From Candidatus Shapirobacteria bacterium GW2011_GWF2_37_20 (GTDB taxonomy: Bacteria > Patescibacteriota > Microgenomatia > UBA12405), in NCBI GenBank assembly GCA_000989305.1, contig LBTB01000004.1, positions 12,897 through 76,896 of the forward strand: DNA of 64,000 bases. Direction: 5' to 3'. A program made the position numbers and the translations under genes. Positions within the stretch are counted from its first letter, which is position 1. Each line of letters opens with the position of its first letter. The notes under the pieces are model-generated. The model searched no databases. It was not told the origin of the DNA and worked only from the letters and a program-made list of their open reading frames with translations. Below, one piece after another: positions 48,575 to 58,189 of this stretch.

Positions 48575-48623
48575 ATCCTCCTCTTGTTTTTTGAGGATAC
48601 TCCTACTAAAATAGTGGGAGTAT
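48575..48623. promoter_or_regulatory. Tandem palindromic operator-like sites over the sufC promoter/start
   Basis: ATCCTC-12-GAGGAT and ATACTCCTACTA-AAA-TAGTGGGAGTAT. Confidence 0.55.
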
Positions 48624-49353
48624 GTTGCAAATAAAAAAAATAAGCGTTTCGGTGGAAGGAAAGCCAATTTTGGCAGATATTGGTTTAGAGTTAAATGCGG
48701 GAGAAGTGATGGCTTTAATGGGTCCAAACGGAAGTGGAAAATCGAGTTTGGCCTATGCTTTGGCTGGACATCCAAAATATGCCGTAGATAAGGGAAAAAT
48801 GTTTTTTGATAAAAAAGAAATTACAGAATTGACTCCAAATGAAAGAGCAATGATGGGTCTATTTTTAGCAAATCAAGCGCCAGTGGCAATTCCGGGCCTT
48901 GGGATAAAAAGTTTTTTATGGCAGATCTACAAGAAGTTTGAAAATGAAAAAAGAATGGATTTGGTTAAGTTTAGAAATTGGTTAGATGATGAGGCTGAAA
49001 AATTACAGTTGAAAAATGGGTTATTGGAGAGAGGTCTGAATGATGGATTTTCTGGTGGAGAAAGAAAAAAAATGGAGGTTTTACAAATGTTGGTGTCAAA
49101 GCCAAAATATATAATATTGGACGAAATTGATTCTGGTCTTGACGTGGACGCCTTAAAAATAATTGCCCTGAGGGTTAAAAAAATGGTCAAAGAGGATAAG
49201 GTTGGGGTGTTGATAATTACTCACTACAGTCGGATTTTAAATTATTTAAAAGCAGATAAAGTAGTGATAATTGAAAAAGGAAAAGTGAAAGAAATGGGCG
49301 GAATGGAACTGGTAAAGAAAATTGAAGATAAAGGTTTTGAAGAAAAAAAATAA
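48622..49353 (+). CDS. sufC: Fe-S assembly ATPase SufC
   Basis: [38 protein letters not shown]. Confidence 0.96.
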   Translation: MLQIKKISVSVEGKPILADIGLELNAGEVMALMGPNGSGKSSLAYALAGHPKYAVDKGKMFFDKKEITELTPNERAMMGLFLANQAPVAIPGLGIKSFLWQIYKKFENEKRMDLVKFRNWLDDEAEKLQLKNGLLERGLNDGFSGGERKKMEVLQMLVSKPKYIILDEIDSGLDVDALKIIALRVKKMVKEDKVGVLIITHYSRILNYLKADKVVIIEKGKVKEMGGMELVKKIEDKGFEEKK

Positions 49354-50780
49354 TGAGTCGTTTTGCCCCAATAAAAGAGGAAAGTAAAAAGGAAAAATGG
49401 GAAAAAAGCCCATATGAGTATGGTTTCTCTAGTCCGGAAAAGCACATGTTTAAGGCCAAGAGAGGTTTAAACGAAGAAATTGTAAGGATGATTTCGACAA
49501 TGAAATCTGAGGAAGAAAAAATGCGGAATTTTAGACTGGAGTCTTACAAAATTTTTTTGGAAAAGAAAATGCCAACTTGGGGGGCAGACCTATCAACAAT
49601 AGATTTCAACAATATTTTTTATTATGTGAAAGCGACGAAAAGTGAAGGTAAAAAATGGGGAGATGTACCCAAAGAAATAAAAGACACATATGATAAATTG
49701 GGAATTCCTCAGGCAGAAAAGGAGTATTTGGGAGGAGTAAAAGCACAATATGAATCGGAAGTAATTTACGGCTCTTTACTTAAAAAATTACGTGATAAGG
49801 GCATAATTTTTTGTGGAATGGACGAGGCTTTGGTTAAATACCCAGATCTAGTGTGGTCACATTTTGGCAAAATTGTACCAAAAGGGGACAATAAATTTGC
49901 GGCTTTAAACAGCGCGGTGTGGTCGGGAGGATCTTTTATTTACGTGCCAAAGGGAGTAAAAGTTGATTTACCGTTACAGGCATATTTCAGAATAAACACC
50001 CAAAACATGGGACAATTTGAAAGGACTTTAATTATAGTTGATGAAGGGGCTTTTGTTCATTATGTGGAAGGCTGTACAGCGCCAATTTATACGACTGATT
50101 CATTGCATTCAGCTGTGGTGGAAATTTGGGTGGCTAAAAATGCCAGGTGTCGTTATACGACAATTCAAAACTGGTCAACTAATGTTTACAATCTGGTGAC
50201 AAAGAGGGCGTGGGTAGAGGAAAAGGGGATCATGGAATGGGTAGATGGAAATTTAGGAAGTAAGATAACCATGAAATATCCAAGTGTGATTTTGGCGGGA
50301 AAGGGGGCTCATGGAGAAATTTTATCGGTGGCAGTGGCGGGGAAAGGTCAACATCAAGACGCTGGAGGAAAATGTATTCATTTAGCTGAAAACACAACAA
50401 GTCGGATTATTTCCAAATCGATTAGTTTAAATGGAGGTAGAAGTAGCTATCGGGGTATGATTCAAATGAATAAGGGGGCAAAAAATGCTAGATCTAAGGT
50501 AGTTTGTGATGCTTTAATTTTAGATAATGAATCGAGGTCGGACACATATCCTGTTAATAAAATTATGGAATCAGAAGTGACTTTGGAACACGAGGCCACA
50601 GTTAGCAAAATTGGGGAGGAACAATTGTTTTATTTAATGTCGCGGGGTTTTGAAGAACACGAAGCGGAGGCAATGGTGGTTAATGGTTTCATTGAACCAA
50701 TTGTTAAAGAGTTGCCAATGGAATATAGTGTGGAACTAAATCGACTAATTAGTTTACAAATGGAGGGAAGTGTTGGATGA
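49353..50780 (+). CDS. sufB: Fe-S assembly protein SufB
   Basis: [41 protein letters not shown]. Confidence 0.97.
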   Translation: MSRFAPIKEESKKEKWEKSPYEYGFSSPEKHMFKAKRGLNEEIVRMISTMKSEEEKMRNFRLESYKIFLEKKMPTWGADLSTIDFNNIFYYVKATKSEGKKWGDVPKEIKDTYDKLGIPQAEKEYLGGVKAQYESEVIYGSLLKKLRDKGIIFCGMDEALVKYPDLVWSHFGKIVPKGDNKFAALNSAVWSGGSFIYVPKGVKVDLPLQAYFRINTQNMGQFERTLIIVDEGAFVHYVEGCTAPIYTTDSLHSAVVEIWVAKNARCRYTTIQNWSTNVYNLVTKRAWVEEKGIMEWVDGNLGSKITMKYPSVILAGKGAHGEILSVAVAGKGQHQDAGGKCIHLAENTTSRIISKSISLNGGRSSYRGMIQMNKGAKNARSKVVCDALILDNESRSDTYPVNKIMESEVTLEHEATVSKIGEEQLFYLMSRGFEEHEAEAMVVNGFIEPIVKELPMEYSVELNRLISLQMEGSVG

Positions 50781-51205
50781 GATATTTTGATGTATTAGAT
50801 AGGATGGGACAATCTAAAGATATTAAGAAATTTTTGGTGGTTAAAAGTGGTGAAAGTATTGATATTGAAACTGTTATGCAATTTAAAGCTCCAAAAACAC
50901 GAGGCAATACTTTAATTAAAGCGGTAGTAATGCCGGGGGGAAAGTTAAATTTAAAAGGAGTCATAAAAATTGATAAAGGAGCAGAACTGGTCGAGGCATT
51001 TTTACGTCAGTCGGTGTTATTAATTGGAGAAAATTCGATGGCCACGGCAATTCCTGAATTAGAAATAGAATCAAATGAAGTTAGGGCCTCACATGCGGCG
51101 GCAATTGGGAGAGTTGACGAGGAACAATTGTTTTATTTAATGTCGCGTGGTTTAAGTCAGGATGAGGCAGTAAAATCAATTATAAAAGCCTTTTTAAATG
51201 AATAA
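50777..51205 (+). CDS. sufD: Minimal SufD-like protein
   Basis: [35 protein letters not shown]; only 142 aa. Confidence 0.78.
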   Translation: MRYFDVLDRMGQSKDIKKFLVVKSGESIDIETVMQFKAPKTRGNTLIKAVVMPGGKLNLKGVIKIDKGAELVEAFLRQSVLLIGENSMATAIPELEIESNEVRASHAAAIGRVDEEQLFYLMSRGLSQDEAVKSIIKAFLNE

Positions 51206-52427
51206 ATATAAAAAATATTTTCCAATTTTTAAAAATAGTCCGGATTTGGTCTATTTGGATAGTGCGGCGACAAGCTTAAAACCAAAAAGGGTGCTAGATA
51301 AAATGATGGAATATTACACTAAATATAGTGCCAATATTCATCGGGGTTTATATCCATTGTCGGAAAAGGCGAGTGAAGAATATGAGGGAGTGAGAGAGCT
51401 AGTAGCTAATTTTATTGGAGCAAAAAATAGAGAAGAAATTATTTTTACCAGTGGAACAACGGCAGGGATTAATTTGGTATCCAGGTCATGGGGGGAAGAA
51501 AACATATTTAAGGGTGATGAGATAGTGGCAACAGAAATGGAACATCATTCAAATTTAGTGCCTTGGCAGGAATTAGCCAAAAGAAGAAAGGCAAAATTAA
51601 GGCTGATAGAAGTGGGTGATGATTTTAAATTAAAAATAGATAATTTGGAAAAAATTATTGGAAGAAAAACAAAAATATTAGCTTTGACGGAGATGAGTAA
51701 TGTCTTAGGGACTATTAATCCAGTCAAAGAAATTATTAAAAAGGCAAAAGAAATAAACCCCAAAATAGTAATTTTAGTAGACGGGGCTCAAGCGGTGGCC
51801 CGTATGTCGGTAAAGGTAGCTGATTTGGGAGCTGACTTTTATGTTTTTTCAGGACACAAGATTTATGGACCAAGCGGAGTGGGGGTATTGTGGGTTAAAA
51901 AAGGAAGATTTTCCGAAATGAAAGCTTCTATTTTTGGAGGGGGGATGATAAGGGAAGTGTCTTTTGAGGAAAGTAGTTATCAAGGAGGTTTTGAGGCTTA
52001 TGAGGCAGGAACACCAGCGATTGGGGAAGTAATTGGGTTGGGAGAGGCAATAAAATTTGTGGAAAAAATAGGCTGGAAGGAGATGAGATGGCATGAAAGT
52101 GAACTATGTGAGTACGCATGGAGTAAATTGTCGGAGATACCTGAAGTAAAAATTATCGGACCAAAGAGAGAGAGGGGGGGAGTTATTTCCATAATTTTGT
52201 CAGGAAAAGGAATGCCGGCGTCACATGATTTGGGGGATATTTTGGGAAGGAAGTATAATGTTTGTCTGAGAACTGGATATCATTGTGCGATGCCTTTGCA
52301 TAAAAAATTTGGTTTAAATTCGGGAACAAGCCGAATTAGTTTGGGGATATATAATGACAAAGGAGATATTGATATTTTAGTCAAAGGTATCAAGGGAGCC
52401 ATAGAAATTTTTAACAAAAATGGATGA
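51198..52427 (+). CDS. sufS: Cysteine desulfurase SufS
   Basis: YLDSAATS.KP, ANIHRG, MEHHSN, FSGHK, RTGYHCA. Confidence 0.95.
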   Translation: MNKYKKYFPIFKNSPDLVYLDSAATSLKPKRVLDKMMEYYTKYSANIHRGLYPLSEKASEEYEGVRELVANFIGAKNREEIIFTSGTTAGINLVSRSWGEENIFKGDEIVATEMEHHSNLVPWQELAKRRKAKLRLIEVGDDFKLKIDNLEKIIGRKTKILALTEMSNVLGTINPVKEIIKKAKEINPKIVILVDGAQAVARMSVKVADLGADFYVFSGHKIYGPSGVGVLWVKKGRFSEMKASIFGGGMIREVSFEESSYQGGFEAYEAGTPAIGEVIGLGEAIKFVEKIGWKEMRWHESELCEYAWSKLSEIPEVKIIGPKRERGGVISIILSGKGMPASHDLGDILGRKYNVCLRTGYHCAMPLHKKFGLNSGTSRISLGIYNDKGDIDILVKGIKGAIEIFNKNG

Positions 52428-52773
52428 TTTATATCGGGAAATAATTTTGGATCATTATAAAAATCCTGAAAATATGGGTAAGCTTGATAGTGGAATTGAG
52501 GTGGAGGAAATAAATCTTTTATGTGGTGACAAAATTAAAATAGGAGTAAGGATTAAAAAAGGAGTGATAAGTGAAGCAAAATTTACTGGTGGAGGCTGTG
52601 CCATATCAATGGCGGCAGTAGATATTTTATTGTCAATGGTTAAGGGAAAGAAACTGAGTGAGGTTAAAAAGATGAGTGGAAAAGAAATAGAAAAGAAAAT
52701 GGGGGTAAAATTAACTCCCAATAGAAAAAAATGTGCCTATTTAGGGCTTGAGGTGTTAAAAAAGATAAAATAG
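52420..52773 (+). CDS. sufU: SufU/NifU-like scaffold protein
   Basis: LYREIILDHYKNP, CGD, GCAIS, RKKCA. Confidence 0.9.
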   Translation: MDDLYREIILDHYKNPENMGKLDSGIEVEEINLLCGDKIKIGVRIKKGVISEAKFTGGGCAISMAAVDILLSMVKGKKLSEVKKMSGKEIEKKMGVKLTPNRKKCAYLGLEVLKKIK

Positions 52774-52789
52774 GGGTTAGAAGAGTGGT

Positions 52790-53053
52790 GTGGAAGATAA
52801 GGGCTCGAACATAAATGATATTTTGATAGAATTGGCTATGGGTTATGAGGTAGACATAAATAATTTTCAACGATTGGGAAAATTTATAGATGTCGACGGG
52901 AAAGAATATGTAATTTTGATTGAGAATGATATTCCTAAGGAGAGAGTAACAGAAATTAGTCAGCAGTATCTTAACCAAAAAATCAATATTAGGGGGCATG
53001 TTTACGTTCCTAAAAGAGAAGTAGTCGAAAAACTAAAGATGGAGTTGGAATAA
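52790..53053 (+). CDS. Hypothetical protein
   Basis: 87-aa ORF following sufU. Confidence 0.5.
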   Translation: MEDKGSNINDILIELAMGYEVDINNFQRLGKFIDVDGKEYVILIENDIPKERVTEISQQYLNQKINIRGHVYVPKREVVEKLKMELE

Positions 53054-53068
53054 AGATATTATTGAATG

Positions 53069-53141
53069 AGCCTGAAGTCAGATTCGGACTGACGACCTGC
53101 TGTTTACAAAACAGCTGCTCTACCAACTGAGCTATTCAGGC
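53069..53141 (-). tRNA. tRNA-Thr(TGT)
   Basis: GCCTGAA...TTCAGGC-T, anticodon loop TT-TGT-AA, atypical T-loop TCCGAAT. Confidence 0.93.
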
Positions 53142-53166
53142 ATGATGGAGTATTATAGAATAGAAC

Positions 53167-54290
53167 ATGGTAAAAAAGAAAATCTTGGTGATGACAGATC
53201 ACATGCCCTGGGGTCATCGGTCAATCGCCAGAGCTATCTATGGTTTTTTAAAAACTAAAGAGAAAGAAGAAAATTTTGAAGTTTATTACGCTGAAGTGAA
53301 GTCCGAGATGGGAATTTCAAATGATATATATCAATTCAGTTATCGATATTTACCTTTGTCGAGCCGGATTGGAAGATGGATGTCTTATTTGCCTCAAATC
53401 AGAAAAGTAATCGAAGAGTTATCGTTTACTAATTTGTCGGCACCTAAAAAAGTGGTTCAAAAAATAAAGCCAGACTTGGTGATTTCAACCTATTGGTTTC
53501 ATTCCCATTCTTTGGCCGGGTGGAAGGACAGGGGAGATGTAAATTTCAAATTATGGACGGTGGTGGCAGATCCGTGGACGGTGTTGCCGGTGTCATATAA
53601 TTCAAAAATCGATATGCATCTGGTTTATGATCAGATGGGGGTTGATGTTGGGATGAAAGAATGTGGTATCCCAAAAAATAAAATATTAGAAACAGGCTGG
53701 TGGACAAGGCCGGAGATGTTTGGAAAGTTTGATAGAAAAGAAGCCAGAAAAAAACTAGGTTTTAGTGATGACAGACAGGTGGTATTTGTTGGGGGCGGGA
53801 GTTTGGGAACGAATTCTTTAACGAAACTTTTACCAGCTCTAATGTTAATTAAGGGTAAGGTTGGCTTTATTTTTAATACCGGGACGGATAAATTGGCCTA
53901 CAATCTAGTCGAGCAATATACAAGATTGTATAAAAAATTAAACAAGCAGGGAAATGTAATCATTAAAAACCTGGGTTGGATTGAGAACATGGGAGAAGTA
54001 TTAGCCGGGGTAGATATTGTTTTTGGAAAAGCAGGTCCAAATTTTTTGTTTGATGGGCAATTACCCATATTGGAGGGCAAGAAGACGGAAACATAGACTT
54101 GATTAAAAAGAAGGGTTTAGGTTGGGTTAAAGAAAAGGGAACAGAGGCGGCTGATTTTTTATTAGCTTATCTTGAGGACCCAAAAAGATATCAGGATAAA
54201 TTTAAGAAAAATATTGAGACTGAAGCAAGAAAAAACGAAAAGAGTATGGGGATAATACTTGGGGAAATAAAGAGAGAAATGAGAATTTGA
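53167..54290 (+). pseudogene. MGDG synthase/UgtP-like GT28 glycosyltransferase, copy 1, frameshifted at ~54056
   Basis: GH..IA, PDLVIST, GGGSLG, GKAGP; continues in another frame AITHIGGQEDGNIDLIKKKGLG. Confidence 0.82.
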
Positions 54291-55210
54291 GTATTATAGA
54301 ATAGGGTGTGACTAAAAAGAAAATCTTGGTAATGACAGATCATATGCCCTGGGGTCACCGGTCAATAGCTAGAGCGATTTATGGGTTTTTAAAAACCAAA
54401 GAGAAAGAAGAAAATTTTGAAGTTTATTACGCGGAAGTAAGAGCAAAATTAGGATTAATTCATGAGATGTATATGCTTAGTTATCGGTATTTACCAGTAT
54501 CCAATAAGTTATCCAGATGGATATCGTACTCGCCGGGTTTGAGAAAATTAATTGAAAAAATGTCTCAGGGGAATGTGGTGGCGCCAAGGAAAATAGTTGA
54601 AAAAATTAAACCCGATTTGGTGATTTCAGCCTATTGGTTTCATTCCCATTCTTTGGCCAGGTGGCGTGATAAAGAAAAACAGAAATTTAAATTATGGACG
54701 GCTGTTAGTGACCCGTGGACTATTTTACCGATAGCATATAACTCTAAAATTGATTTGCATTTGGTTTATGACCGGAAAGGGGTGTATTTAGGAATGAAAG
54801 AATGTGGTTTAAAAAGGAATCAGATTTTAATAACAGGCTGGTGGACAAGACAGGAGATGTTTGGAAAGTTTGATAGAAAAGAAGCCAGAAAAAAACTAGG
54901 TTTTAACGATGGTAGGCCGGTGGTATTTTTTGGCGGAGGAAGTATGGGAACTTATTCGTTGGTAAGGTTGTTGCCGGCCTTGATGTTAATTAAAGACAAG
55001 GTAGGTCTAGTATTTAATACTGGGAAAGATAAAAAATCATATGACTTGGTGGAGCGGTACGTAAAGTCATATAAACGATTAAATAAAAAAGGAAACTTAA
55101 TCATTAAAAACCTGGGTTGGATTGAGAACATGGGAGAAGTATTAGCCGGGGTAGATATTGTTTTTGGAAAAGCAGGTCCAAATTTTTTGTTTGATGGGCA
55201 ATTACCCATA
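53957..55210 (+). repeat. 113-bp identical direct repeat (53957-54069 and 55098-55210)
   Basis: TAATCATTAAAAACCTGGG...GGCAATTACCCATA identical in both paralogs. Confidence 0.9.
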
Positions 55211-55428
55211 ATGGGGGACAGGAGGATGGTAATATCAGATTGATAAAGAAGAAGGGTTTGGGATGGGTGAAGGAAAAAAGGGGAGAAGCGGTGAAATTTT
55301 TGCGGGACTATTTAAAAAGACCCAAACGGTATCAGAAAAAGTTTGAAAAAAGTATTGAGAATGAGGCGAAAAGAAACGAGAAAAGTATGGAGATAATCTC
55401 AAAAAGGGTAAAAGAAGAATTGAAGTAA
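54308..55428 (+). pseudogene. MGDG synthase/UgtP-like GT28 glycosyltransferase, copy 2, frameshifted at ~55197
   Basis: Tandem paralog; identical break, continues AITHNGGQEDGNIRLIKKKGLG. Confidence 0.82.
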
Positions 55429-55432
55429 AAAC

Positions 55433-55593
55433 AAAAAAGCCTGCCAAAAGTGAGGACTTCGATAGTGGCTTTTCCACGCCAAGATACGTGGGGAGAACTA
55501 GTCAATAAAAGCAAAGCTGATGTTGACAAACATCCTCCTTTTTTTTAGGTTAGCTAGAAAAAACACCTTCTCAAAGATCGCTTTTAGCAGGTT
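55433..55593 (-). ncRNA. 6S RNA (SsrS) candidate
   Basis: TGCTACAAT promoter; ends pair CCTGCTAAAAG/CTTTTGGCAGG; rod with central bubble; terminal U tract. Confidence 0.65.
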
Positions 55594-55606
55594 GTATAAT
55601 TGTAGC

Positions 55607-55996
55607 ATGATAACAGTATCTAAAAAAGTTGAATACAGCATAGTGTTTATATTGTTTTTGGCGCATAGTAAGGGTAAAAATATGTCGCTGACTGAGGCGG
55701 CGAAAAAACTTAAATTGCCTTACAGATTTCTGGGACAAGTAGCAACAAACTTAAAAACTGGAGGTATTGTTGAATCGCGGGAGGGAAAGAATGGTGGTTA
55801 CCAGCTGATAAAAGATTGGGACAAGAAAAACCTCTACGATTTACTTGAAGCATTGGGGGAGAATAGGGCGATGGTGACATGTTTGGGAGATAAGGGCTGT
55901 GCTAGGGTAAAGGGCTGTGGATTGAAAAGAGTTTGGGAAAAAATGGAGAAAAGTTGGTATTTAGAATTAAAAAAGGTAAAATTGAGCGAAATATGA
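55607..55996 (+). CDS. Rrf2 family regulator with three Cys (IscR-like)
   Basis: SKKVEYS, YRFL, VESREGKNGGY, C..C..C. Confidence 0.9.
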   Translation: MITVSKKVEYSIVFILFLAHSKGKNMSLTEAAKKLKLPYRFLGQVATNLKTGGIVESREGKNGGYQLIKDWDKKNLYDLLEALGENRAMVTCLGDKGCARVKGCGLKRVWEKMEKSWYLELKKVKLSEI

Positions 55997-56232
55997 AACA
56001 AAAAATAACTAAAAATATTTTAATTCTGGAAATTGCGGAGAGATATCCGAGGTTAGCGGATATTTTAGTAGAAAAATATGGTTTTCATTGTTTGGGTTGC
56101 AGTATGTCAGCAGTGGAAACTCTAGCTGAAGGAGCAATGGGTCACGGGATGAGTAAAAAAGAAGTGGAGGAAATGGTGACCGAATTAAATGATTTGGTTA
56201 ATAAAGAAGACGGAGACCGAAAGAAAAAATAG
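55993..56232 (+). CDS. DUF1858 domain protein
   Basis: ITKN..I.EI..YP..GFHCLGC..ETLAEGA..HG. Confidence 0.85.
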   Translation: MKQKITKNILILEIAERYPRLADILVEKYGFHCLGCSMSAVETLAEGAMGHGMSKKEVEEMVTELNDLVNKEDGDRKKK

Positions 56233-56746
56233 GGTTAAGAAGGCTAGTAAGAAGCCCGGAGACAATTAGTAAGGCGATTAGAATAAAACCATAGTGTTCA
56301 AAGGCGGATTCGATCTTGATGGCGGTGTCGAGGGGTAAAAGATTAAGAAGGACCTTAGACCCATCAAGAGGGGGAATGGGAAAAAGATTGAAGATACCCA
56401 AATAGAGGTTGGTATAAGTCAAGATATAGGTAAGAGTGCCGGGAATACGAGAAAAGATGAAGGCTAAAAGAAAATTGCTGAGAGGGCCGGCCAGAGCAAC
56501 AATAATTTCGTCACGTCGAGGGTGGCGAAAATTATAAGGGTCAATAGGAACTGGTTTTCCCCAACCAAAACGAGCGACTAGGAGGATGAGAGTGCCTAAG
56601 GGGTCAAGGTGGGCCAGGGGATTTAAAGTTAAACGGCCGTAGGCTCTGGGGGTGGGATCACCCAGTTTGTCGGCGGCTAGAGCGTGACAAAATTCATGAA
56701 TAGTTATAGCGACTAGGAGTGAAATAAGAACGATGATATTTTCCAT
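56198..56746 (-). CDS. Site-2 protease (M50) family
   Basis: HEFCH, GRLTLNPLAHLDP, AGPLSN, FNLFPIPPLDG. Confidence 0.93.
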   Translation of the reverse strand: MENIIVLISLLVAITIHEFCHALAADKLGDPTPRAYGRLTLNPLAHLDPLGTLILLVARFGWGKPVPIDPYNFRHPRRDEIIVALAGPLSNFLLAFIFSRIPGTLTYILTYTNLYLGIFNLFPIPPLDGSKVLLNLLPLDTAIKIESAFEHYGFILIALLIVSGLLTSLLNPIFSFGLRLLY

Positions 56747-56783
56747 GTTTAATTTGAGGGGCGATTTTGATATAGTATACCCT

Positions 56784-56984
56784 ATGAGAAATTGTAGTCT
56801 ATGTGGTAAGGGAACTTCGGTTGGCCGCAACCGTTCCCATGCTCAAAATCGAACTTCCAGAACTTTTAAGGCAAATGTTCAAAAAGTAACTTTGACAGTA
56901 GGTGAAGAAAAAATCAGCGGGGTTTATTGTAGTAAATGCATAAAGAAGATGAAGGGTGAGATTAAAAAAACGGCACTTAAATAA
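56784..56984 (+). CDS. rpmB: 50S ribosomal protein L28
   Basis: CSLCGK..GRNRSHA.NRTSRTFKANVQ..CSKC. Confidence 0.94.
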   Translation: MRNCSLCGKGTSVGRNRSHAQNRTSRTFKANVQKVTLTVGEEKISGVYCSKCIKKMKGEIKKTALK

Positions 56985-57012
56985 GCACCGTTTCTTTAAT
57001 TGAAAAGAAAAA

Positions 57013-57132
57013 CTATTTTTTAGCTTTTTTTTTGACTTTCTTAGCTACTTTTTTCTTAACAACTTTTTTGGCTTTCTTAGCTACTTTTTTCTTAACAACT
57101 TTTTTGGCTTTTTTTGCTTTTTTTACGGGCAT
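57013..57132 (-). CDS. 39-aa Lys/Ala/Val histone H1-like protein; missed by ORF track
   Basis: MPVKKAKKAKKVVKKKVAKKAKKVVKKKVAKKVKKKAKK; SD AAAGGAGG; TTGACA-17-TTTAAT; 36-bp tandem repeat 57036-57107. Confidence 0.85.
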   Translation of the reverse strand: MPVKKAKKAKKVVKKKVAKKAKKVVKKKVAKKVKKKAKK

Positions 57133-57305
57133 GTTGGTTCCTCCTTTAATAAAATTAAAGAGGATTTGAAATTTTTTGTCAAACAAAAAACATCCTGATT
57201 TTCCGGTAAATAATTGATGTTTAAGATTAAAATATCATCAATTTTTGTAATTTTTTTTGAAAAATGTCAGTTAAATTATTCCTGTCTATCGGCAAAAAAT
57301 CAATA

Positions 57306-58181
57306 TCATTTTTTTGTGATTATTGAATAATATTTTTTTATTTCTGTCCACTCGGTTTTGTTTTTTCCCTCAACTTGGACCATAACTGGCACCAGTTTTG
57401 ATTTATTTTGATCCAAAATTCCCGAAAATATTTTCATTTTTAGAATTTGATGGTTGAGATTTTCCACAAAGGTCCAGGCAATCGGTGAGGGATTGAGAGC
57501 GCGGATAAAACGTTCAATTTTTTGAATATCCCAAGTCCAATTTATTTTTGCCCCATCTTTAGTTATTTTTGGAAAGTAACTTTTTTGAGTATGGTTTTGA
57601 ATCTTGAGAACGGTAGGATTTTGAATATATGTTTTTAAAACGCTTTCTAAATTATCGGAAGCTAGTTGAAATGCTTTTTGATAAAAGGAGTCAGCCGTTT
57701 CACTTTGGATGATGTCAAAAGGGACTTGAGTGATGATGGGACCGTGGTCGGGAAGGGGATCAATTTGAAAAAAAGTGACGCTACTTTTTGTTTCGCCATT
57801 AATAATTTGCCAAGGACCGGGGGTGGCACCGCGGTATTTGGGTAAGGTTGAGGGATGAATGTTAATTATTTTTTTGGGAAAGATGTTAATTGTTTCTTCA
57901 TCAAAAAAAGGAGGTCCAAAAGCCAAGCAAAGAGCCAAGTCAGCTTTTAGGTCGCGAAGTTTGTTTTTGACTTCCGGAGTAAATTCTTCAATTTGAAGAA
58001 GTGGGAGATTGTTGTCCTGGCAATATTTTGCGACATGATTGGGGGTGATTTTTTGATCACGACCAAAGGCTTTATCTATTTTGGTGACAACGGAAATTAA
58101 TTCGAAATCAGAAATTTTTGAAAGTTTTTTTAAAACCGGTAAAGAATAAATTGAAGCGCCAAAGAAAACAATTTTGGTCAT
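57306..58181 (-). CDS. fmt: Methionyl-tRNA formyltransferase
   Basis: KIVFFG, VVT..DK..GR, INIHPSTLPKYRGA.P, IRALNP.P.AW, VEGK. Confidence 0.9.
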   Translation of the reverse strand: MTKIVFFGASIYSLPVLKKLSKISDFELISVVTKIDKAFGRDQKITPNHVAKYCQDNNLPLLQIEEFTPEVKNKLRDLKADLALCLAFGPPFFDEETINIFPKKIINIHPSTLPKYRGATPGPWQIINGETKSSVTFFQIDPLPDHGPIITQVPFDIIQSETADSFYQKAFQLASDNLESVLKTYIQNPTVLKIQNHTQKSYFPKITKDGAKINWTWDIQKIERFIRALNPSPIAWTFVENLNHQILKMKIFSGILDQNKSKLVPVMVQVEGKNKTEWTEIKKYYSIITKK

Positions 58182-58189
58182 GAATATAA

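Noticed and set aside
55332-55529. SD-preceded hydrophobic ORF as a type I toxin
   Set aside because: Runs through the U tract and into the convergent gene; the GGAGG is paired in the 6S-like fold
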